The position numbers were made by a program, and so were the translations under genes. The notes below the pieces were generated by a model. The model searched no databases. It was given only the letters and a program-made list of their open reading frames with translations, and was not told the DNA's origin. A stretch of 40,502 nt of DNA from a virus (taxonomy: Duplodnaviria > Caudoviricetes), in IMG/VR virus record IMGVR_UViG_3300040733_000115, positions 1 to 40,502 of that record; one strand, 5' to 3'. Positions 32,710 through 40,502 of the stretch are shown here, in pieces (within the stretch, counting starts at the first letter, position 1; the number at the start of each line of letters is the position of its first letter).

Positions 32710-35113
32710 AAATCGCGTACAGATCATCATAACAACAGACTCTACCGGAGCGGTTACGGGCATCCGGGGGGTTGAACAGGAGACGAAGCGCTCTGTATCT
32801 GAAATGGAGAGATACTGGCTTCGACTCGGCACGGCCATCGCCGCTGCATTCTCCGCGTATAAGGCCGTCGATATAATCAGGGATTCGACAATGATCGCTT
32901 CTCGCGTGGAGACCCTGGGCGTGGTCATGGAGGTAGTTGGCAGAAACGCCGGGTACAGTAAGAAGGAAGTGGAGGCATACAGCGAAAGCGTGAGGCAAAT
33001 GGGTATTACGACTCAGGAATCCCATCAAACGATTATCAGGATGATGCAGGCGCAAATGGACCTTAATCAGGCATCAAACCTCGCGCGTGTGGCACAGGAT
33101 GCTGCTGTTATCGGCAATATCAATTCAAGCGAAGCGCTGGGAAGAATGATACAGGGGATCCAGCGGGGCGAAACGGAAATCATGAAGACCATCGGCCTCA
33201 ATGTAAACTTTGAGAATTCCTATAAGCTCCTCGCCGCGCAACTCGGGAAAAATACCGATAAATTGACAGAAGTTGAAAAGGTACAGGCGAGGACAAACGT
33301 CACATTGGAAGCCGGCGCGCGGATCGCCGGGACATATGAAGCTGCTATGGGGACAGCAGGAAAGCAGTTGCTTTCATTGGATAGATATATCGAGGAGGTA
33401 CAGCTTAAACTCGGTAAGTTGTTTACTCCAACTTTATCGGTGGCGATACAGATCACAACGCAAGCGCTCCAGGATCTGAATAAGCAATTTGATGAGTTTA
33501 ATGAATCGGGGGAGCAGGCGTCCTGGGCGTATGGTCTTGCCGAAGGCATGAAGGCACTTGCGGTCTATGCAATAGGAGTTGCGGCTGCATTTGACATTGT
33601 GGGCACAGCGGTAGGAGAGTTCTTTGCTAAAGTTGCGCAACGAGCCAAAAACATGGTAACAAGCCCCGTTCAGTATTTTAAGAATATTTTTAATGGCGAA
33701 ACAGGAACCCCTGGTTATGACCAAACTGCAGCGACCCTCGATAAATATGCAGCCCTCATGGACAAAATATGGAAGATCGGCGCCGGAGGAGGCGCCTCTA
33801 AAACAGAAACATCCTCTGCGATAGCCGATGTCGGTACTGCCGCCGGGATGACCGCAGAGGAAATCAAAAAACTCACAAACGATATGAATTCATGGCGCAA
33901 TAAAATCGACCTTCTCAACCCCGGACTCGATGAGCATGAAAGAAAACTCGCCGCCCTCGAGGCAGAGGCGGCAAAGCTCACCCAGGAATACGGGAACCTT
34001 GCCTGGATTACAGAAGGACTCGCAAAAGGTAAATATTTTCTTGAGATCTCCCGGCAGATCGAGGAGTCAAAAAAGGCGATCGAAGAGGAATCAAAGCTAT
34101 GGGAGGAAAGGGCGAAGGCGGAGCATCAATATAATGACCAGATGGAGGTGCTCAGGGCAGATGTGATACAGAGAAGGATCCTCGGCGAGGAGGCGGCAGC
34201 CCGGCAGATAAAGGATATCGCACACAAGGCATCGGCTACTGTCGAGGAGTACCTCGAAAAGGAAGCGCAGATAACGGAATTATACGAGCAAAAGAAGCTC
34301 GCCATCCTCGATGAATACAGGATAAAGCGTGAGAAGGAGGTCTACGAAAAAGAAGCCGCTGCACGTGAGCGGATCATGCAGATGAGCATGTCCGGGACAG
34401 GCGAGGCAGGAGAGCTCCAGGCAGGCCTCCAAATGTTCCAGAAGGGTATGTGGGGGTTGTTCAACCAGGCACAAGGGGCTGACCCCTATTCGATAGAATT
34501 AGAACGCTTGAGGCTCTTCTGGGAGGAAAAGACAAACCTTTATCTACAAGGCCAGGCGATGATCGCTGAGGTCAATGATGCATGGAACGCATATAACCTC
34601 ATGCAGGACCAGCAGACAAACATGATGCGGCTACAGTCAGCGCAGTATATGACGCAATCGATGATGGGCATCATGTCCATGCTCTATAATGCAACCGGGC
34701 AACAATCGCAGGCATTGTTCTATATGATGAAGGCGGCGGCAGTCGCCCAGGCGTTAGTTAATGCATGGCTCGCATATACTCAGGCTCTTGCAACGCCGAT
34801 GGGTGTATGGAGCGCAGGTGCTTATGCAGATATGATTCTCGCCATGGGCCTTGCCGGAGCTGCGGCAATTGCGGCAACTGCATTCATGAGCCCTTCTACG
34901 GGCGCAGGAGTGGGAGGCACCGCGACCGGGGGAACCGCTCCGGTAGTACAGACCATTCCAGCGGCAACCGCGGCAACCGCAGAGAAGGAAGATACGAAGC
35001 GACCGATGAAGATCAATATCTACGTCCAGGGGAATATCGTGGACCAGGATAAGTTCGCGCGGGAACTGGTGCCATCAATCACCAAGGCGATAAGGGACGG
35101 AGTGGCGGCATGA
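32699..35113 (+). CDS. Tape measure protein
   Basis: 804 aa, Ala/Gln-rich helical; position; C-terminal INIYVQG. Confidence 0.88.
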   Translation: MANENRVQIIITTDSTGAVTGIRGVEQETKRSVSEMERYWLRLGTAIAAAFSAYKAVDIIRDSTMIASRVETLGVVMEVVGRNAGYSKKEVEAYSESVRQMGITTQESHQTIIRMMQAQMDLNQASNLARVAQDAAVIGNINSSEALGRMIQGIQRGETEIMKTIGLNVNFENSYKLLAAQLGKNTDKLTEVEKVQARTNVTLEAGARIAGTYEAAMGTAGKQLLSLDRYIEEVQLKLGKLFTPTLSVAIQITTQALQDLNKQFDEFNESGEQASWAYGLAEGMKALAVYAIGVAAAFDIVGTAVGEFFAKVAQRAKNMVTSPVQYFKNIFNGETGTPGYDQTAATLDKYAALMDKIWKIGAGGGASKTETSSAIADVGTAAGMTAEEIKKLTNDMNSWRNKIDLLNPGLDEHERKLAALEAEAAKLTQEYGNLAWITEGLAKGKYFLEISRQIEESKKAIEEESKLWEERAKAEHQYNDQMEVLRADVIQRRILGEEAAARQIKDIAHKASATVEEYLEKEAQITELYEQKKLAILDEYRIKREKEVYEKEAAARERIMQMSMSGTGEAGELQAGLQMFQKGMWGLFNQAQGADPYSIELERLRLFWEEKTNLYLQGQAMIAEVNDAWNAYNLMQDQQTNMMRLQSAQYMTQSMMGIMSMLYNATGQQSQALFYMMKAAAVAQALVNAWLAYTQALATPMGVWSAGAYADMILAMGLAGAAAIAATAFMSPSTGAGVGGTATGGTAPVVQTIPAATAATAEKEDTKRPMKINIYVQGNIVDQDKFARELVPSITKAIRDGVAA

Positions 35114-37287
35114 ACCCGATCATTCTCTATGATAACCGCTTTCTCGATGGCGAGCTTACTGCCACGGACACCGCCGACGGATCCCATGTAGACAATATCA
35201 AAGACAGGAATGCAGATACGTTCTGGAAGGCCGCCTCGGCAGGGACGAAATACATCACCGAGGCTCCGCTTGCCAAAGATACGCTCGCACAGCAAGAGAT
35301 GCGCATCTCCCCTGCCGCCGGATATGCTGGGTTGTATCTACCATCAACACTCGACGTTACACCATACCTCGGCGACAGGATTGTATGTCTCGATTCCGCG
35401 CTAAAAAAGCATATCGGATATCTTAAATCCATCGAGAGTACCAAGGCAGTTAATATGACCTATGCAGCGTCCGGCAGCAATGGCATAATGGTTGCCGATA
35501 ACAATAATATTGATATGGGAACTAATAATTTTACACTTATCTGGAAAGGTGCATTACCGGACTGGACACCATCGGTTGACTCGATGTTAATTGTCAAAGT
35601 TAAATATAGTGCACCTAATTATACTGGATATGCTTTGTTCGTCCATACCGATGGGAAGCTATATCTTAGAACATATCCAACATCTCCATCATACAACACA
35701 TATATTAGCACCGTAGCCCCAACATTGATTGATGGTACAAATCATTCCATTGTCGCAGTTGTAACGAGAGAATCAGCATCAACAGCTGGTTCCGTTGTGT
35801 TTTATGTTGACGGTGCTAAACTGGGTGACTCGGTCGCAATAACGGCAGGTGCGCCACCGAATTTAAATAATACTGATGCTCTTTATTCATCAGGATATAC
35901 TACATATAGGAACGCTGGAATAGTAAATAAAGCTATTGTTTATAACCGTGCCCTTACCGCCGCAGAAGTCACCGACCTCTACAATAACGGCATCAACTTT
36001 GCCGACCAGTATGGCAATCAGGCCACGGCAATATATACCTCTGATTTCTCCGCTGGGGTGGATAGCTGGGGGGGAACGGCAGGCATGGTCCTAACTGGCA
36101 ATACAGATGGTATCAACGGTTCGGATGATTGGTTAAAGGTTGAGAGGACTGGCGCAGCTGGCAGAATGGATATTAGCAGGAGTAATTCTCTTACAGCGAG
36201 TAAGACTGCACATGTTAAGCTCACGATTTACAATCACCCAAGTAGTACCATTCAGTACTTCAATACAGTGTTCGGTGGGAGTACTCGAATTTCTACACAG
36301 GTCATGGCAGTGCCAGCGGGCACAGAGGTGACTGCTACTCTTGATTTTCCAATATCATCCGTTTATAGTTCAACCACACTCTACATTTACCCATGTACTT
36401 CTGGGGGTGCTCTACTCTCTTCGTTGCCTACCGGTACTATATATTATGTAAAAAATATCATAACCCATCAGGCTGGCGCCACCCTCGCCCTCGAGGAATC
36501 AGGCATCGGCGATACAGACTGGCAGGACAGCAGCACAAACGACCTCGATGCCGCTTATCCTGCCTCCGGATCCGCCGTTGTGCTGTTCAATAATATCGTG
36601 TCAACCCCTGGAGGATCCACATACAACTGGGAGTCAAAAGAGGCGGGCTACAACCATGAGGACGCCGCCGGCTACGCATACAAGATCTCTGAATCGGACG
36701 CCTGTGACACCCTCTTTCTCTTCGGGCATAATCTCGGCACCGCCGGAGCGAGCGTATCGGTAGAATCCAGCGACGATGAGTCGACCTGGACGGAGAGACT
36801 CGCGGTGTTCTCACCGACGGATGACCTCGCGGTCATGAAGCTCCTGACATCCTTCAGGGCAGCATCGAAGCGCCTGAAGATCAACACCACATCCATAGCC
36901 CCATACATCGCCGAGGCGATCCTCGGCAACCGGCTGGAGATGCCCTATCCTCCCGATACCCCCATGACGGCATACGAGGAAGGCATAGAGAGCGAGATGA
37001 CGCTCTCCCGAGGTGGCAGGCCCCTCGGGGTTGTCACGAGCTATTTCCCGATCGACATCCAGCATCGCTTTTCCAATATCCTCCGTACCTGGGTCACGGA
37101 CAACTATGTGCCATTCTGGGAGTACGCAAAATATTTCAATGCCTTTGCCTATGCCCCGGATCTGGACACCTGGCCGGATGACGCATTTTTCTGCGTCATA
37201 TCTCCTGACATGAAATTCAGGCTGCCCGTGTCAATCCTGCTCTACGTGGATTATATCGACCTCATCATGAGAGGGTACCGGTCATGA
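35110..37287 (+). CDS. Distal tail protein with inserted LamG/concanavalin-like and other beta-sandwich domains
   Basis: Follows the tape measure; NFTL..W..HSIVAVV..FYVDG..IVYNRALTAAEV LamG signature; core resumes at DTLFLFGHNL. Confidence 0.7.
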   Translation: MNPIILYDNRFLDGELTATDTADGSHVDNIKDRNADTFWKAASAGTKYITEAPLAKDTLAQQEMRISPAAGYAGLYLPSTLDVTPYLGDRIVCLDSALKKHIGYLKSIESTKAVNMTYAASGSNGIMVADNNNIDMGTNNFTLIWKGALPDWTPSVDSMLIVKVKYSAPNYTGYALFVHTDGKLYLRTYPTSPSYNTYISTVAPTLIDGTNHSIVAVVTRESASTAGSVVFYVDGAKLGDSVAITAGAPPNLNNTDALYSSGYTTYRNAGIVNKAIVYNRALTAAEVTDLYNNGINFADQYGNQATAIYTSDFSAGVDSWGGTAGMVLTGNTDGINGSDDWLKVERTGAAGRMDISRSNSLTASKTAHVKLTIYNHPSSTIQYFNTVFGGSTRISTQVMAVPAGTEVTATLDFPISSVYSSTTLYIYPCTSGGALLSSLPTGTIYYVKNIITHQAGATLALEESGIGDTDWQDSSTNDLDAAYPASGSAVVLFNNIVSTPGGSTYNWESKEAGYNHEDAAGYAYKISESDACDTLFLFGHNLGTAGASVSVESSDDESTWTERLAVFSPTDDLAVMKLLTSFRAASKRLKINTTSIAPYIAEAILGNRLEMPYPPDTPMTAYEEGIESEMTLSRGGRPLGVVTSYFPIDIQHRFSNILRTWVTDNYVPFWEYAKYFNAFAYAPDLDTWPDDAFFCVISPDMKFRLPVSILLYVDYIDLIMRGYRS

Positions 37288-39176
37288 GCACATACGATGA
37301 ACTGCTCGCCGCGCCCTGCCGGACGCCGATATGGCTGGTGATCCTCACGCTCGATTTTTGTGAGAACACCTTCGGGGTCTCCCCATGCACTGCAACGGGC
37401 GAACCTTGTTACAACACATATTGTACCTGCCGGGACAAACTCAATTTCGTGCGCGGGACAAAGGATTACATGTACACAAATTTCAACGCTCCCCTCCCGT
37501 TTCCCGGTCCGCGCCGGTTGATCTCCAGCCTGGATTTTTATCCGACCGAGATCAAGACGTCTTTGACCGTCAGGAATCGCATCAAGGTCGGGTTCGTAGA
37601 CGAAATTGAAAACGATATCGGGATCGATCCCTATGTGGCGTCCAGGGACAGCGTCCAGGGCACGCACTTCAAGAAGCTGATCGCGCGGAACGAGGGCAGC
37701 TACAAGGGCCGCCCTTTTAAGGCATATCACGGCTTCCTCGGTATGACCCTGGCGGAGTTCCTCTCGCAGGAAGAACACCTGCTCGCATTGGATAATATAA
37801 AGATAGATTCGGGCGGCGGCATAACCGTCGAGGCGGTGGATCTGCTTGCGAAGCTATCCGATACATATATCCCCCCGAAGCTTGCCATCAAGCTGATGGC
37901 GGATATCGCAGTCTTAACCAGCGGGACGCTTACAGTAGGTGAGACATATCGCATTGATACCTACGTCACGGGGGACGATTTCACCAACGTGGGCGCGGCG
38001 TCAAACGAATCCGGTGTTGAGTTTGAGGCAACCGGCACGACCCCTACGACATGGACAAATGAGAGCTCGCTCAGGGCCACCGGATCGGCGACGCTGAGCG
38101 ACACCTCCGACCTGCCTGCCTCCGGATATGTCCGGATCGGCGACGAGGTGATCGGTTATGCGAGTAAGAACGATACGACCAACCAGATCATCGGCCTTAC
38201 ATTCGCGGCATATGATACAGAGCCGGAGGAACATTCAGTAAAAGACAAGGTCACACTTTGCTATCTTTTCGCCCCGGATAATCCCTACGAGCACGCAAAG
38301 ACTATATTGTCGGAGGCAGATATTGCCTCAGCAAATGTTGACACGGCTGCATACGATGCCCTCGAGGCGTTCCCGGAGCCTGACATCGATTACTGGGCAA
38401 TTGTCACAAAGCCGACAAAGGCGGACACGCTGTATTTTGAACTGATGAAACATTTAGATTGTAAGTCCTGGGTCAATGAGAATCTCAAGGTGACTGTCTC
38501 AAAAGGCTCCCTGCCGAATTTACCAGGCAGGACCTATACGGATATCACCGATGACGGCAATATCGTCACAAAGACCGGCGAGATTGATCTCAACCAGGAT
38601 AGCCAGGTGACGAGATATTACCTGTTTTACGACCTCGTCACGAACGGCAGCATGGAGGAGCCTGATGATTTTGATTCCGTGGCGGTATCCCCTGACGCAG
38701 AGGCAGAAAGCGAGAATGAACTGGATAAGGCAGTGGAGGAAGTAATCTATTCGCGGTGGATCCACACGGATCCGCCCGGCTATACGGAAGAAGAATTCGA
38801 GGAATACGTGGAGCTCCTTGTCTCGAGGCTCACCCGCGCCCATAGGGACGCACTGCACCTCGTACCGCTATCTGTCGAGCTGAAGGATGCAGGACTCAAG
38901 ACCGGGCATTATGTTCGCCTGGCAAGCGACATCATGCAGAATCCGGACGGAACAGCGCTCAGCTATGCGCCTCATCAGGTCGTGAAGCGCGAGCCAAAGG
39001 ACAGCTCTATGATCGCGCTTACGCTGATGGCGGTCCCGAAGAAGCGGATCGCTTACTGGGCGGATGATGCCCTGCCAGATTACGACGATGCAACGCAGGA
39101 TGAACGGGAATATGGATTCTGGGCGGATGATGCCGGCTACATGTCCGACAGGTCGCCCGGATATCATTGGTACTAA
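37284..39176 (+). CDS. Tail tip/hub protein
   Basis: N-terminal C..TFG..PC.A...CYNTY.TC cluster, GYVRIGDEVI motif; position. Confidence 0.7.
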   Translation: MSTYDELLAAPCRTPIWLVILTLDFCENTFGVSPCTATGEPCYNTYCTCRDKLNFVRGTKDYMYTNFNAPLPFPGPRRLISSLDFYPTEIKTSLTVRNRIKVGFVDEIENDIGIDPYVASRDSVQGTHFKKLIARNEGSYKGRPFKAYHGFLGMTLAEFLSQEEHLLALDNIKIDSGGGITVEAVDLLAKLSDTYIPPKLAIKLMADIAVLTSGTLTVGETYRIDTYVTGDDFTNVGAASNESGVEFEATGTTPTTWTNESSLRATGSATLSDTSDLPASGYVRIGDEVIGYASKNDTTNQIIGLTFAAYDTEPEEHSVKDKVTLCYLFAPDNPYEHAKTILSEADIASANVDTAAYDALEAFPEPDIDYWAIVTKPTKADTLYFELMKHLDCKSWVNENLKVTVSKGSLPNLPGRTYTDITDDGNIVTKTGEIDLNQDSQVTRYYLFYDLVTNGSMEEPDDFDSVAVSPDAEAESENELDKAVEEVIYSRWIHTDPPGYTEEEFEEYVELLVSRLTRAHRDALHLVPLSVELKDAGLKTGHYVRLASDIMQNPDGTALSYAPHQVVKREPKDSSMIALTLMAVPKKRIAYWADDALPDYDDATQDEREYGFWADDAGYMSDRSPGYHWY

Positions 39177-39188
39177 GGAGGAGAGATC

Positions 39189-40151
39189 ATGCCAGGATGG
39201 GATCCACCAGATGCGCCTACATTAGGCAATCCGATACCAAAAACCTGGGGGCAAAAGGTGCTCGACTGCCTGCTATGGCTCTATGGGCAGATAGGCTCGT
39301 CATCGCCCTCGGGCATCCCGAATGGATCGGCAGAGATCGATTCCGATGCCGATGGCATCCCCGACAACTGGGATTATGATGATTATCCTGGAGGGACAGG
39401 AGGGATAGATACATCCACTCCCGCGCATGGCGCGGCTGGGTTTTACTGCACGCACCCGGGAGGAGCGGGCAACGGCGGCCGGGCATGGGAGAGCGATTAC
39501 GTGGAGATCTCGGAGGACATCTCGCCGCTCCTGATGCTCTTCCTGTGGGCAACGGCGGCCGGGATGAAGGTCATCGTCCGCTTCAAATATTACGACAAGG
39601 CAAAATCACATATATCTGATGAAGATATCTACTCCTCGACGTCAAACCCTACAACGCGGACAGCTTTCACATTGTGGGGCATTCCTCCCGCAACTGCGCG
39701 GTATTTGAAGGTCGTCCTGATCGGCGGGTATACCGATACAGACGTCGCCGGCACGGTCTACTTCGACGGCCTGGTATTTGATGCCATGCCAAGGATGTTA
39801 TATGGTAATTACACAATAACGGAAGGATCACACAATAACACTACCTTTACGGATGTTGGCAGCGTCGCCATTACGGTCCCGAAGGGTTTTACGATTGCGT
39901 TCCTGCCGGTCAGCATTACCAACAACAATGTACCGACAGGAACTCGTGCGAGATATAGGGTATCTACAACCTATTCGACAGAATTTGTAGCATGTTCTAC
40001 TGACTCCGGATATCCTCAAAACGATGTAGAGCTGGACATTTCCGCCATATCGGGATCACAAACGCTGTATTTGCAGGTCGCAGATTGCTCCGCCGGTTAC
40101 ACCTCATACGGCAAAAAAGATAACAGCAGGGTGACATATATCAGGGAATAA
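39189..40151 (+). CDS. Tail fibre/receptor-binding protein with a carbohydrate-binding-like module
   Basis: NGSAE.D.D.DGIPDNW..PPATARYLKV..GTVYFDG pattern; AAGGAGG RBS. Confidence 0.6.
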   Translation: MPGWDPPDAPTLGNPIPKTWGQKVLDCLLWLYGQIGSSSPSGIPNGSAEIDSDADGIPDNWDYDDYPGGTGGIDTSTPAHGAAGFYCTHPGGAGNGGRAWESDYVEISEDISPLLMLFLWATAAGMKVIVRFKYYDKAKSHISDEDIYSSTSNPTTRTAFTLWGIPPATARYLKVVLIGGYTDTDVAGTVYFDGLVFDAMPRMLYGNYTITEGSHNNTTFTDVGSVAITVPKGFTIAFLPVSITNNNVPTGTRARYRVSTTYSTEFVACSTDSGYPQNDVELDISAISGSQTLYLQVADCSAGYTSYGKKDNSRVTYIRE

Positions 40152-40163
40152 GGGGGAATTATT

Positions 40164-40502
40164 ATGCTGATATTCCATACGGACCATAACATATTGATGA
40201 TATTACTCGGCGAGGAAGTATCCTCAGCCGGCGAGCACATCCGGAATGGATACCCGGAGCTGCTCGAGGACTGGGAGGCCAACAGGATCCGCGCGACAAA
40301 GCTCGACAAATTTATGCCGGCGAAATGCCTGATCATGGATGCCGGCAAGCCCCGCCCCATGACCGACGAGGAGATCAAGGCCCATGACGCTGCCCTCGCC
40401 TCGCAGACCTCCGAGCAGGCCGCCGCAACCGACCTTGAGGCAAAGATCCAGGCCGAGCTCCGCGCCATGGCCATCGAACGCCTGGCAACTAAAGAGGTTT
40501 AA
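40164..40502 (+). CDS. Tail-fibre-associated hypothetical protein
   Basis: RPMTDEEI pattern; follows the fibre gene. Confidence 0.5.
   Translation: MLIFHTDHNILMILLGEEVSSAGEHIRNGYPELLEDWEANRIRATKLDKFMPAKCLIMDAGKPRPMTDEEIKAHDAALASQTSEQAAATDLEAKIQAELRAMAIERLATKEV

Larger units (their letters stand above)
1..40502 (+). mobile_element. Temperate tailed phage/prophage (siphovirus morphology, some Mu-like modules, primase-helicase replicon); probably incomplete at both ends
   Basis: Co-oriented replication, terminase, portal, capsid, lysis, tail tube, tape measure and tail-tip genes; window begins at an ATG and ends at a stop codon; no immunity repressor or att sites visible. Confidence 0.95.

Noticed and set aside
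1-40502. Transposable Mu-like phage or contractile tail
   Set aside because: Despite Mor, gpF-like and Mu-type holin/SLT genes, no DDE transposase, MuB, tail sheath or baseplate wedge genes are visible
35110-40502. Diversity-generating retroelement or invertible tail-fibre cassette
   Set aside because: No reverse transcriptase, no template/variable repeat pair and no inverted fibre segments seen in the window

Overview
A 40.5-kb segment of a tailed (siphovirus-type) temperate phage/prophage. Every credible gene is on the + strand. Order: small early genes and a tandem-OB SSB-like gene; a DnaG primase/P-loop helicase fusion followed by a GGTGCA-iteron origin; an internal tyrosine recombinase coupled to a Mor/C-family activator; a putative DNA-modification pair (divergent adenine-MTase fold + GNAT/Mom-like domain, and a ParB-fold partner); an EcoRI-family MTase + DUF262/HNH nuclease cassette; an accessory DNA-metabolism operon (DUF6876-like, PC4-like, ligase nucleotidyltransferase domain only, beta clamp, DUF488, ParB); a low-GC moron; then terminase, portal-gpF fusion, protease/scaffold, head decoration/fibre, major capsid, neck, lysis genes, tail tube, -1 frameshifting chaperone, tape measure and tail-tip genes. 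The most notable non-coding signals are (i) a 26-bp box followed by N7-TGRTA, present three times (likely Mor/C-activated late promoters, one ahead of the DNA-modification genes) and (ii) several minus-strand sigma70-type promoters that would make short structured antisense RNAs against operon leaders, including a four-way-junction RNA ahead of the modification gene. No repressor, DDE transposase, att sites, tail sheath, CRISPR, tRNA or rRNA was identified. Family assignments come from motif recognition by eye, not database searches.
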